Shown piece after piece: positions 11,329 through 21,156 of a stretch of DNA of 64,000 nt; the first letter of the stretch is position 1, and the number at the start of each line of letters is the position of its first letter. The position numbers and the translations under genes are program-made. Source of the DNA: Nitrospirota bacterium. GTDB lineage: Bacteria; Nitrospirota; UBA9217. The notes under the pieces are model-generated. The model made no database searches, was not told the origin of the DNA, and saw only the letters and a program-made list of their open reading frames with translations. Location of the stretch: contig CAVVOB010000013.1 in NCBI GenBank assembly GCA_963749655.1, positions 128,001-192,000 on the forward strand, in the 5' to 3' direction.

Positions 11329-11826
11329 ATGCAAAAAATAGTCATCCTGCTTGTTCCATTTTTGTTTGTCTCGTGTGTTCCGGCACCCCAGTCGGTAAGC
11401 GAGTTTCGTGATGCTATGCAGACCCACCCGTCGATGATGAAAGAAGAATCCCATACAGTTAGTCGAAATCTTTCCGTTGTCGTAAAGGATTTAGAGCGCA
11501 AATCGAAGGAATGTTTACAGTTTGGTTATGAATCGACCACCCGAGCCGGCGCTGCTTCGAGAAGTAACACCGTTCTCTACCATCCCCGCGTTCGAATGAG
11601 CGGGAAAGCCAAGGCTGAAATGTTCATTCAGGAGGAACATATTCCTGCAGCGGTAGGGTCTCCCAAAGGAGGAGCGTATGTATTCCTTACGGATATGAAG
11701 CAGGTATCTTCCTCCAAAACGCAAATGACCATATACAGTCCTTCATTCCCTACATGGCAGCCGATTATTGATGCAGTCAAGGGGTGGAGTGAGGGGAAAA
11801 ACATCAAGTGTCCCGATTCGCCCTGA
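11329..11826 (+). CDS. Putative lipoprotein
   Basis: AGGAGG RBS and lipobox FVSC. Confidence 0.75.
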   Translation: MQKIVILLVPFLFVSCVPAPQSVSEFRDAMQTHPSMMKEESHTVSRNLSVVVKDLERKSKECLQFGYESTTRAGAASRSNTVLYHPRVRMSGKAKAEMFIQEEHIPAAVGSPKGGAYVFLTDMKQVSSSKTQMTIYSPSFPTWQPIIDAVKGWSEGKNIKCPDSP

Positions 11827-11908
11827 TAGGGTCTTTCCGCTAATAGCCGGTCAATAGGGCGGGTATTGAACCACGTGAAACCCGGCGATGATTCTAACCA
11901 TTCGAGAG

Positions 11909-11932
11909 AGGGCCGCGAAAACCGCGGCCCTT
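11909..11932. terminator. GC-rich hairpin, possible terminator
   Basis: agggccgcg-aaaac-cgcggccct stem with a weak U tract. Confidence 0.35.
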
Positions 11933-12127
11933 AGCCGAGCCGTTCATGCAGGTTTCAACCGATAATTCTCATTTTTTCGTTCGGGCGCTTGCGCATACTT
12001 GTAGGAAAAACCCGCAGCAGCATTATGGAGGGAGCTTTGGGGATGTTGGTTCATATAGTTGCTGCATGATTTAATCGAGGTTGACTCCGGGACAATCCTT
12101 GGCCAACAGAAAAGCTGAAGGAGCAAC

Positions 12128-13378
12128 ATGGGCAAGACCGACTACGGCGTCAAATGCGCATCCATATTCGGCGGGGGAGTGGCCCTCGGCCTCGGCGGGC
12201 TTTTATTGTACGACGCGTTGTTTTATCGAGATCCCGATTTCGAAGCATGGGTCGTGCAGATCATCGGCGGCGCAGCCGCATGCCTCATGGCGCTCGTCGG
12301 GTTCTGGGCAGCATGGCGCTTCGGCAACGCAGAGAAACCGGCTGCTCCGTCAGACGAAAAAGAACGGCTGGAGAGGATCAGGCAGGCGTTTCATGAAAGC
12401 CCTGTCATGGCCGGTGTGAGCGGCGAGGAGGGTCACAGCGTATGCATCTACCGGACGATCGGTTTTGCCGCTATGGCGGTCTTCCTGGGGCTGTCGTTCA
12501 TCGCCCTTCGCATGGAGGCATACAGCGCCTTGAGCGGGATGTCCTTGTTCGGGGCTGCTGTCTTTTTCTTCATTGGCGTCGGCGCTTTGATTTTCGGATG
12601 GGTGGAAAACAAGGACCGGGAATCTCCTCGAGGACCGGTCAGCCTCCGGGCAGGCGGAGACCTGTTCGTGAACAGGCAAACCACTGCGTCGTTTGAAACT
12701 GTCGCCCCGCAGCAGGATATTCGGTCCGACGCACTTCCTCCGGTACAGGCCAATTATACGATCAAAGACCGGACTATTCTGGAGGCATGCGGGCCATACA
12801 AACCGGAAACGATCGACGGTCTCGGACGGTTCGTGATGGACGACCGCCGGGACTATTCCGGTGTAAACTTTCTTTTTACCGGCACTAAGATCGCCGCCCT
12901 GATCGCGGCCGCGGGCGGCCTGCTCCTGTTGGCCCCGAACCTCGCTCGTTTTGCAAAATACGCATTGGTCTTCGATTTCTTCGGCAAGATAATCGCCGGA
13001 ATGGGCGTTTTTTTCTTTGTAGCTTTTGGACTGATGCACCTGGTCTTCGTCAAGGGACGGCTGGGCTTTCGGTTGGAGATCGACAAAAGCGGGGGCACGG
13101 TCAGTTTTCACACCTATTGGTTCGCGTTCCATTTTAAAAGCAACTACGCCCTGCGCGCCTTCGATCATATCTTCGTCACCCGCGTGAAACTCGTGTTCAC
13201 AGACAGTCAAAACCACATTGAGAGTGAAATCCGGTTTCAGGTCTACCTCGCGGGCAAGGACCTGCTCGGCATCGTCTATTTTGACACCAATGAAAAGACG
13301 CAGGCATTCGCCGCTAAACTGGCCCGATATCTGGACCTGCCGGTGAAGGTGAATGTGGACGAGGAAACGGTGCTGTGA
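12128..13378 (+). CDS. Multi-pass membrane protein of unknown function
   Basis: AAGGAG RBS. About six hydrophobic segments and a soluble C-terminal domain. Confidence 0.72.
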   Translation: MGKTDYGVKCASIFGGGVALGLGGLLLYDALFYRDPDFEAWVVQIIGGAAACLMALVGFWAAWRFGNAEKPAAPSDEKERLERIRQAFHESPVMAGVSGEEGHSVCIYRTIGFAAMAVFLGLSFIALRMEAYSALSGMSLFGAAVFFFIGVGALIFGWVENKDRESPRGPVSLRAGGDLFVNRQTTASFETVAPQQDIRSDALPPVQANYTIKDRTILEACGPYKPETIDGLGRFVMDDRRDYSGVNFLFTGTKIAALIAAAGGLLLLAPNLARFAKYALVFDFFGKIIAGMGVFFFVAFGLMHLVFVKGRLGFRLEIDKSGGTVSFHTYWFAFHFKSNYALRAFDHIFVTRVKLVFTDSQNHIESEIRFQVYLAGKDLLGIVYFDTNEKTQAFAAKLARYLDLPVKVNVDEETVL

Positions 13379-13400
13379 ATCCGGAATTTTACAAAAATCG

Positions 13401-13430
13401 TTGACATTCGAAATCATTCGTCCTATATAT
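13401..13430 (+). promoter_or_regulatory. Sigma70-type promoter
   Basis: TTGACA-17nt-TATATA(T), a near copy of the promoter at 6367. Confidence 0.5.
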
Positions 13431-13528
13431 CCAATACCAGCAGCGTTCCCTGGACGTCCCCGGGGAATAATGTTTTTGACCAGAATTGCGCAGCGCCAAT
13501 AGCCGGGGAGAATCGGAGGATAGCAAAA

Positions 13529-14955
13529 ATGGGATATACAAAAACGATTATTACCCTGTTCGTCGTCTATCTGACCTGTGGCTGCGCCCCCAGTGCCAGC
13601 CGCGTTGATCCGCTGTCGAGCCTGAATATGGCGCCGGTGACCATATCACGATCACCGGAGTACAAGGAATTGTCCCTTGCACTGATCTTATCGGACAACA
13701 CAAGGAACACCGGCGAGCAATTGAAAAAATGGAACAGCATGATGAGGTTCAACGCAGCCGCGCAGGTTGATTTAGACAACGTCTTCGCCGGGCTCTTGGA
13801 CATTTTTCGAAAAAACTTCCTCAAAGTCGAGACTGTTCAAAACGTCGAAGAAGCCCGGAAGCTTAATGTCGATTGCATAGCCGTTCTTGACATCAATATG
13901 ACGTTAAGCAACTTCATATGGAATCCCACGGTAGTGGAAATTTCCTCCATCCTGCTCACAAAGGGGAAAATGGAAATCGATAACGTGCGGGGAGAAGCCA
14001 CCAAAAAGGGACACGGCGCTCTTGCATCAGCATTCAACGACGCGCAGGCGGAATTCCAAAATGCGCTCTTGTCGTCGAAAAAGCTTCATGAGTTCAGCAT
14101 GATGAATTCACGGGGTTTGCCTGTGATGGCTGCCGGGAGCCATCACAGGCATCTGTGTCCGGCGCGCCCGGGACACAAACATCGGAAATTGAGCATCCGT
14201 CATTTCCTCAGGACAGAAGGGTATTCAACGACGATGACGTTGCAGTGGTGATCGGAATAGAGAAGTACCTGAATGCGCCTTCATCCGACTATTCGTACGA
14301 TGACGCAGTCCTGGTCAAAGCCTATCTTGTTGCCCTGGGAATGAAGGAGAGAAATATTGAACTCCTGCTGAATGAAAAAGCCACCCAGTCCGGCATCAGG
14401 AAATCCATAGAAACATGGCTGCCGAACCGGGTAAAGAAAGGGAACCGCGTTTTTGTCTACTATTCCGGGCACGGGGCGCCGGAGCCGGCCAGCGGCGAAG
14501 CATATATCGTCCCTGCTGACGGCGATCCAAACTATCTTTCCGATACCGGCTATCCATTGCAGAGACTGTATGAAAAACTGGGAAGGCTCCAGGCAGCGGA
14601 AGTCGTGATTGCTCTGGATTCGTGTTTTTCCGGCGCAGGCGGCCGGTCCGTCCTTGCAAAAGGAGCGAGGCCGCTGGTTATGACGACGCAGGCTGCATTC
14701 AGATCGCAGAATATGGCAATTATTACGGCAACGCAGGGCGCTCAGATCAGCACATCTTCTCCAGAGAAAAAGCATGGAGTTTTCACGTATTATTTTCTGA
14801 AAGCTCTGCAACAAGGAAAGAAGAGTCTGGAAGAGGTTTATGCTTACTTAAAACCGCTGGTTGAAGATGAGGCGAAAATGCTGAATGTGGCGCAAACTCC
14901 GGGGATAACTCCTGCCCCTGATCAGCTGACAGGACGATTTATTTTGCAGCATTAG
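13529..14955 (+). pseudogene. Lipoprotein fused to caspase-family (peptidase C14) domain, split by one frameshift
   Basis: Lipobox LTCGC in ORF 13529. YYSGHG and DSCFSG catalytic dyad in ORF 14155. One extra G in the GGG at 14135-14137 would join them, so this may be a sequencing error. Confidence 0.75.
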
Positions 14956-15000
14956 AGACCGGCGTTCGGTACAAATTCAGGATCGCATAAAAGCATCCAC

Positions 15001-16836
15001 TCATTTCGGCATTTTAGGGCTGCTTTCCACGTAGTTTCTGATCTCCTCGATAAACTCCCTGCCGTACCGCTCAAGCTTGACGTCCCCCACGCCCGAGATC
15101 TGCCGCATCTCCGACTCGCTCGTCGGAAAATGCGTGCACATCTCGCGAAGCGTTTTGTCAGAGAAGATCACAAAGGGCGGAACCTCCTGCTCTTCTGCAA
15201 ACTTTTTTCTGATCATGCGGAGTCGCTCAAAAAGAGTTCTGTCGGAACTGCTGAGATCGCCGATCTGCTTGCGCCTGCCTTTTGTTTTTGCTTCTTCCCG
15301 CTTGAGCCCTGATATCTGCTCCTGTCCTGTAAGCTGCGCCGCCCCTTTTGGCGTCAATTTCAGCACCGGGTAGCGGTCCCCGTCCTGCCTGATCATTTCC
15401 TGGGCCAGCAATTCGTCAACGATGAACCGCCAGTGCATCTTGTCATGATGTTTCCCGGCTCCGAAGGTCTTGATCTTGTCATGACCCAGTTCCCTGATGC
15501 GCCTGGTGTCCGCTCCGATGACGATGTCGACGATATGCCCGATGCCGAACCGTTCGCTGGTCCGTGCCATGGCTGACATGATTATCCTGGCGTCCATGGA
15601 GATGTCTACCTGCTTGACCAGGCCGGTGCAGATATCGCAGGTGCCGCAATTGTCCCCGGGGTAAACTTCCCCGAAAAAGGCGAGGAGCTGTTTTCGCCTG
15701 CATACGTTATGGGAGGCGAACCGTACGGTCTGATTCAGCTTCTCCATGGCGATCGCCCGTTCGTGCTCGTCCTGCACCTGGTCGATGAAATACCGTATTT
15801 TCGGGATGTCGCCCCTGCTGAAATAGAGCAGGCAATGGGCAGGTTCTCCGTCCCGTCCCGCGCGTCCCGTTTCCTGGTAATAGCCCTCGATATGGCGGGG
15901 CAGATCGGCATGGACCACGAACCGGACGTTCGATTTGTCGATTCCCATGCCGAAGGCGATAGTTGCCACGATCACGGACACCTCGTCGCGGTTAAAGGCT
16001 TCCTGGTTCTTCTCACGCTTCTCCGCAGGCAATCCCGCATGGTAAGGGAGCGCCTTGATGCCGTGGGAAGCGAGAAAAGCAGCTGTTGTATCCACCGAGT
16101 CGCGCGTGGTCCGGTATATGATCCCTGCTTCATTCCCGCGGTCTTTGACAAATGCCAGGAGCTGCTCTTCAACTCCTGATTTGGCCTCCACCTGGTAGAA
16201 GAGGTTCGGCCGGTTGAAGGAGGCGCGGACCACCTGGGGCTTTCTAAGCCCTATCTTGCTGATGATGTCCTGCTGGACCTTTTGTGTTGCCGTGGCAGTG
16301 AAGGCTGCGACAGGAATGCCGGGAAAGTGCGTGGGAATGGCGGAGAGTGCGAGATAATCGGGCCGGAAATCGTGTCCCCATTCCGATATGCAGTGCGCTT
16401 CGTCGATAGCGAACAGCGCGATAGGGATGGCTTTCAGCGTGTCCATGAACTGCGGCATGGCAAAGCGTTCCGGCGCGATATAAAGGATCCTGATCCGGTT
16501 GCTCTTGAGCTCGAGGTACAGGTCTGTAATTTCCTTCTGTTCAAGAGAGCTGTTCATGAACGCGGCAGCGATACCATTCTCCTTTGCTGCGTCCACCTGG
16601 TCCTTCATGAGCGAGATAAGAGGGCTGATCACAACGGTTGTACCCTGCAGAAGGAGCGCCGGCAGCTGATAGCAGAGGGACTTCCCTCCGCCGGTAGGCA
16701 TGACTGCGAAGACATCCTGCTTATTCAGGATCGCGCTGATGATCGTTTCCTGGTTCGGGCGGAAAGATTCAAAGCCGAAGACCGTGCGGAGGGTATGGAA
16801 AACGGCAGATTTGTCTGGAGGTGTGCGGGTATCCAT
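15001..16836 (-). CDS. recQ: DNA helicase RecQ
   Basis: PTGGGKSLCYQ, DEAHCISEWGHDFRP, AFGMGIDK, QETGRAGRDG, Zn-binding Cys cluster, RQC and HRDC domains. ATG at 16836. Confidence 0.96.
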   Translation of the reverse strand: MDTRTPPDKSAVFHTLRTVFGFESFRPNQETIISAILNKQDVFAVMPTGGGKSLCYQLPALLLQGTTVVISPLISLMKDQVDAAKENGIAAAFMNSSLEQKEITDLYLELKSNRIRILYIAPERFAMPQFMDTLKAIPIALFAIDEAHCISEWGHDFRPDYLALSAIPTHFPGIPVAAFTATATQKVQQDIISKIGLRKPQVVRASFNRPNLFYQVEAKSGVEEQLLAFVKDRGNEAGIIYRTTRDSVDTTAAFLASHGIKALPYHAGLPAEKREKNQEAFNRDEVSVIVATIAFGMGIDKSNVRFVVHADLPRHIEGYYQETGRAGRDGEPAHCLLYFSRGDIPKIRYFIDQVQDEHERAIAMEKLNQTVRFASHNVCRRKQLLAFFGEVYPGDNCGTCDICTGLVKQVDISMDARIIMSAMARTSERFGIGHIVDIVIGADTRRIRELGHDKIKTFGAGKHHDKMHWRFIVDELLAQEMIRQDGDRYPVLKLTPKGAAQLTGQEQISGLKREEAKTKGRRKQIGDLSSSDRTLFERLRMIRKKFAEEQEVPPFVIFSDKTLREMCTHFPTSESEMRQISGVGDVKLERYGREFIEEIRNYVESSPKMPK

Positions 16837-17037
16837 GGGCTCTCTTTTCAAAAAAAGGACGTTACGACAAAAAATATAAAAGGCTTTTCTCGCGCAAAGC
16901 CGCAAAGTCGCAAAGAACGACAAGACATGATATGCATGAGTGAGCGCAAAGTCAAGCGACGTTGTGATACGTTGACTTATTCCAGGCGCAATGGTATAAG
17001 CAGGGCATACCGTGGAAGACTGATTGGGAATAGCTAA

Positions 17038-17565
17038 ATGACGAATAAATCAAAAATCAAGATTGCTGTCAGCTCCTGTTTGCTCGGCAACAACGTCCGC
17101 TATGACGGCAACAGCAGGCTGGATCAGTATATCCTCGACAGGTTCGGCTCGTTCGTTGATTGGGTGCCGGTCTGTCCCGAGGCCGAGTCCGGCATGCCGG
17201 TACCGCGGGAGCCGATGCAGCTCGTCGGAGATGCTGCAAAGCCGCGCCTGATAACGATCAACACGAAAATAGACCGCACGGAAGAGCTTACGCGCTGGAT
17301 TGGAATCAAACTGCAGGAGCTGGAGCAGGCGGGCATCTGTGGGTTCATTCTGAAGGCGCGATCGCCGAGCTGCAGCGTTCACGATGCGGAGTTCTTTTCT
17401 TCTGAAAGTGGATCCCTGGGGAGGAGGGCCGGGTTGTTTGCAGAAGCTATTACGATCAGGTTTCCGGCCTTGCCTGTCGAGGATGAAGAGGCGCTGCGGG
17501 ATCGCGAAATTCTGGAAAAGTTTATCAAGCGGATCAGGGGTGAATATTGGAATCAGACGCCATGA
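17038..17565 (+). CDS. DUF523 (2-thiouracil desulfurase-like) protein
   Basis: VSSCLLGxNVRYDG, VCPE, PRE and LKARSPSC motifs. Confidence 0.88.
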   Translation: MTNKSKIKIAVSSCLLGNNVRYDGNSRLDQYILDRFGSFVDWVPVCPEAESGMPVPREPMQLVGDAAKPRLITINTKIDRTEELTRWIGIKLQELEQAGICGFILKARSPSCSVHDAEFFSSESGSLGRRAGLFAEAITIRFPALPVEDEEALRDREILEKFIKRIRGEYWNQTP

Positions 17566-17638
17566 GGAAGAAGTATGCTTTTGTGTATGTATGACTTCCG
17601 GCAGGGATATTGTTAATTATTTTTAGAGTCTTTCTGCC

Positions 17639-17704
17639 GTCATGCCGGACTTGATCCGGCATCCAGGAGCTAGAAGACTGGATTCCCGCCTTCACGGGAA
17701 TGAC
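17639..17704. repeat. GTCATTCC-type palindromic repeat, copy 1
   Basis: gtcatgccggacttgatccggcatccag...ctggattcccgccttcacgggaatgac. Other copies at 24851 and 37436. Confidence 0.82.
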
Positions 17705-17755
17705 GATTTATTTATCTGCAGTCAAGGTTCTCGATAAGGCACTGCCGAATAATTC

Positions 17756-19507
17756 CTACGACCTGCCCCGGTTCGATGTTACCGTGCTGACGCGGGGCAG
17801 GCAGCTCGGGGAGCCGAAGAACAGCTTCAGGATGTTCGGCACCTTCAACTTCCATCCGCTCACGGGCCAGTCGAGCTCATGCTTCCCGCAGAGGGAATCC
17901 AGAGTGTTCAGTCCGAAGATCTCCTCGCGCAGGGATTCATCGACATTGTCCGGATCGGTTATCATCCCGCTCAAACGTATCGCCCGCTGAAGATGGTTCC
18001 TGACCCGGTCCGCGCTTCTCCCCCCGATGACACCGTAGCGCTCCTTGATATCCAGGAGCGCCAGCGCACCGTCGTAAGTGGCCCTCACGATATCGTCCCG
18101 CGTCATCCACTTCGTTTCATAGTTCAAGGTGAACTTCCAACTCGGCATGAGCATCGCCTTTCTGTGCTCTGCGAGCGTGCGATAGAAGAAACGGTAGCCG
18201 TATCGTTCGGGGTCCTCGAAGATGCCGCTTCCGGGGTCGATGAACGGCGCCAGCGGCGCCAGCAGGGGAAGCACCTTGCCGGTCGAGCCGTTGCTGCCGT
18301 ACCGCGCCAGGAGCGAGCCGCAGTACTTTACCGTCTCCATGACCGACGAGTAGTCCTGATAGGGAAGGCCGACCATGAAGAAGAGGTCGATCCGCTTGCA
18401 TCCTGCGTCGATCAGCGACTGGATCATGTTTTCCAGGGCTTCGTTCTCGTAGTTCTTGCCGAAGGTCCTGCGTACATTGATGTCGTGGGACTCCGGCGAG
18501 ATCTCCACGTTGAAGGTCTCGATGCTGTCTGCCACCTTATGGATCACCTCCTCCGGAGGAGGGCTGAAAAACTCGATGCAGATCTCGTTCTTGATCCGGT
18601 ATTTCTTAACGGCGTCGAGGAACCGGTCGCAGTACTCCCGCCCCGCCTGGAGCAGGTCCCCCAGGACCATCACCGGCGCGCCGGTGTACTCCGCAATGCG
18701 GTGAATATCGTCGGCGACCCGCTCGGGAGACCGGAAGCAGGGCTTCGACCGCGCGCAGACCTTTTGAAAGGCCGAGATCGATCCGCCGCAGGTGCCGCAG
18801 TTGTGATTGCACCCCCGCACCGAGAAGACCGCGGTAACGGGGTAGTTGAGCCAGTACTTGAAGGGAATATAACCCGAGGGATCGAAGTACTTGACCGCCA
18901 TCTTGAGCAGATGGGGATAGTCGAAATCCACGTAGTCGAGGTTCTCGGGCTTGAAGGACCGCTCATTGACCACGGTGCGGCCTTTCCCGTCGCGCCACAC
19001 CAGGTTGGGCACCTCTTCATAGCCCGATCCCCTGCTGATTGCCTTAAGGAGCAGCCGGAGCGGCTCTTCCGTGGATTCGCCGCAAACGATGAAATCGACG
19101 AAGGAGTAGTCCCTCATGATCTCCTCGTGGTAATAGGTGGAGGTCAGGCCGCCGAGAATGACGGGCTTGTCGGGATGATGCTTCTTCACCAGGGCCGCGA
19201 GGCTCAGGCTGCCGTCCACGTGGGGCATCCAGTGCAGATCGATGCCGAAGGCGCCGGCATTCAGGTTCTTGATATAGGCTTCGGGATCAAAGGAGCGCGA
19301 GCGGAGCATCCGGAGGGCCAGGTTGACGATCCGTACGGACATCCCGTGCCGGGTCAGGTAATCGGACATCGTGAGGAACCCGATGGGATAGATCTCGAAA
19401 ATCGACGACGACGGCACGACGTCGCTCACGGGCCCGAAGAAAAGGGGCAGTTCGCGGAACCGGAACACGCTCGGCGGATGGATGAGCAGCAGGTCAGGCC
19501 TGGACAT
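17756..19507 (-). CDS. B12-binding radical SAM protein (resembles TIGR04190/Ta0216 family)
   Basis: N-terminus DLLLIHPPSV..FGPVSDVVPSS.IFEIYPIGF, GIDLHW, ILGG and CxxxCxxC (CNHNCGTC). Confidence 0.85.
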   Translation of the reverse strand: MSRPDLLLIHPPSVFRFRELPLFFGPVSDVVPSSSIFEIYPIGFLTMSDYLTRHGMSVRIVNLALRMLRSRSFDPEAYIKNLNAGAFGIDLHWMPHVDGSLSLAALVKKHHPDKPVILGGLTSTYYHEEIMRDYSFVDFIVCGESTEEPLRLLLKAISRGSGYEEVPNLVWRDGKGRTVVNERSFKPENLDYVDFDYPHLLKMAVKYFDPSGYIPFKYWLNYPVTAVFSVRGCNHNCGTCGGSISAFQKVCARSKPCFRSPERVADDIHRIAEYTGAPVMVLGDLLQAGREYCDRFLDAVKKYRIKNEICIEFFSPPPEEVIHKVADSIETFNVEISPESHDINVRRTFGKNYENEALENMIQSLIDAGCKRIDLFFMVGLPYQDYSSVMETVKYCGSLLARYGSNGSTGKVLPLLAPLAPFIDPGSGIFEDPERYGYRFFYRTLAEHRKAMLMPSWKFTLNYETKWMTRDDIVRATYDGALALLDIKERYGVIGGRSADRVRNHLQRAIRLSGMITDPDNVDESLREEIFGLNTLDSLCGKHELDWPVSGWKLKVPNILKLFFGSPSCLPRVSTVTSNRGRS

Positions 19508-20138
19508 GGGTGAGGTTGCCTCCGAAGATCTTGCTCGAGTATTCGGCGACCATGTCTTTTGACACGGTTTCCATGATGTCGAAGAGAGTGTCGGCCACGA
19601 AATCAACGGCCGTGTTGAAGGGCGGGAAGAGCCTGATCGAACGGCTCAGCAGCCGCGTTTCCTGATTATAGAGATGAAGGATTTCACACAAAACTACTTC
19701 GAACGCTTTTTCCGGGTACGCTGCACGCACGGCGTCGCCGAACGGCAGACCGTCCTTCCACTGGGCGAGAATGCCGTGGACCGCGCCGAACAAACGGACG
19801 ATACGCTTCTTCCTTACATCAGCGATGTCCTCGTAGCGCACGGTTATGGAGAGCGAGGGGATGGCGAGGTGCTTGACGAAGAGGCGGTCCACCTTTTTTG
19901 TTTCCTCAAATACAGCGTCCACGTCGAGCTCCCTGCCCGCGGCAAAAGACTCCCCCGCATGCTCGATGATCAGACGGTCCTTCTCCACCTCTTTTTTGAC
20001 GTTGGCATCCAGGTAGGCGCCGACGAAGGGAAGCCGGGCTGCGCTCAGGGAGCGTCCCGTCATCCGGTCCAGGGACCGCTTGCTGAATTCTGTGAGCATG
20101 ATCCTGTCTTTTTCACAGAGCAGGGCAATTCTGTCCAT
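19494..20138 (-). CDS. Hypothetical helical protein, translationally coupled to the radical SAM gene
   Basis: GAGGTG RBS and a 14-nt overlap with the radical SAM start. Confidence 0.72.
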   Translation of the reverse strand: MDRIALLCEKDRIMLTEFSKRSLDRMTGRSLSAARLPFVGAYLDANVKKEVEKDRLIIEHAGESFAAGRELDVDAVFEETKKVDRLFVKHLAIPSLSITVRYEDIADVRKKRIVRLFGAVHGILAQWKDGLPFGDAVRAAYPEKAFEVVLCEILHLYNQETRLLSRSIRLFPPFNTAVDFVADTLFDIMETVSKDMVAEYSSKIFGGNLTHVQA

Positions 20139-20221
20139 CGTGCACCTCTGCGCGGAAATCCTGCGGCATCATTGCCGGCGCATTGTCTTTCTGAAGACTC
20201 GATCCTGTGTGGTACCCCGTG

Positions 20222-20929
20222 TCAGCGGGGTTTCACTGCCCGGTAAATGGTGGCGATCCCCATGGTGAGGGAATCGACGGTGACATCCTCATATCCGCAT
20301 GACAGAATGAGATCCTTGAACTCGTCCGGCGGATAAAAGGCGTTGATGGAGCGGGGCAAGTACAGATAGGGCGCTGCCGTCTTGACGACCGCCTTGCCGA
20401 TCATCGGCATGATCCGGAAGACATACCATTCATACAGCATGCGGAACCAGTGCGATCCCGGCTTGGTCAGCTCAAGGCAGACAAAAACGGCGCCGGGCTT
20501 CAGGACCCGCCAGAGCTCCTTCAGGGCAAGCGAGGTGTCCGGAATGTTTCTCATGCCGAAGGCGACGGTCACCGCGTCGAAGGTGTTTTCCCGGAAGGGG
20601 ACCTGTTTTGCATCGGACAGGACAAAGGAAATGTTCCGAAAGCGGCCGGCGGTCTTTTTACGGGCGCGCTTGAGCATTTCCTCGCAGAAGTCCGCGCCGG
20701 TCACCGTTCCGTCCTCGCCAACCTGGTTGGACAGGAGCATGGCCAGTTCACCGGTTCCGGTGCAGACATCGAGCACGCGGTCGCCCCGATGGATGCCCGA
20801 GTTGACCACGGCGCGCCTGCGCCAGAAGTGGTCGAAGCCGAAGCTGAAACTGCTGCTGAGCAGATCGACGTAGGGCGCGACGGTGGAGAAAATATTTTTT
20901 ATGAAGAGATCACGCTGCTCCAGTGACAT
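20222..20929 (-). CDS. ubiE: Ubiquinone/menaquinone biosynthesis methyltransferase UbiE/MenG
   Basis: IFSTVAPYVD..SFGFDHFWRR, VLDVCTGTG, FDAVTVAFGMRN, RVLKPG and YLYLPRSI. Confidence 0.85.
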   Translation of the reverse strand: MSLEQRDLFIKNIFSTVAPYVDLLSSSFSFGFDHFWRRRAVVNSGIHRGDRVLDVCTGTGELAMLLSNQVGEDGTVTGADFCEEMLKRARKKTAGRFRNISFVLSDAKQVPFRENTFDAVTVAFGMRNIPDTSLALKELWRVLKPGAVFVCLELTKPGSHWFRMLYEWYVFRIMPMIGKAVVKTAAPYLYLPRSINAFYPPDEFKDLILSCGYEDVTVDSLTMGIATIYRAVKPR

Positions 20930-21035
20930 GATTCGCCTTTCGCTGTAAATGCGCCCGGCGTACCCGCCGTCATGACGCTTCTGTATTTTCCGGTCTGCCC
21001 TGTCCGTCTCAGGTCCAAGGTGGTGAATCCATAAC

Positions 21036-21153
21036 TGATGAGTCGTAAGAAGTCAAGATTTGCCACAAGAGGCACAAAAAGCACAAAAAGAGTTTTTGAA
21101 AAATTAAACTTTTGTGACTTCTGTGGCTAAAAAAACTTTTTACGAAATCATCA
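21036..21153. repeat. MITE-like element with terminal inverted repeats and an internal palindrome
   Basis: tgatgagtcgtaagaagt / actttttacgaaatcatca ends with internal gccacaaga...tctgtggc. TAAC flanks both sides. Confidence 0.65.
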
Positions 21154-21156
21154 TAA

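Noticed and set aside
8000-15000. Integron cassette array
   Set aside because: The accessory genes are co-oriented, but there is no integrase, no convincing attC structure, and at least one gene has its own promoter.
19500-21150. Cobalamin riboswitch for the B12 radical SAM
   Set aside because: No recognisable B12-box or GGGAA...GCCCCCGCNACTGT core upstream.
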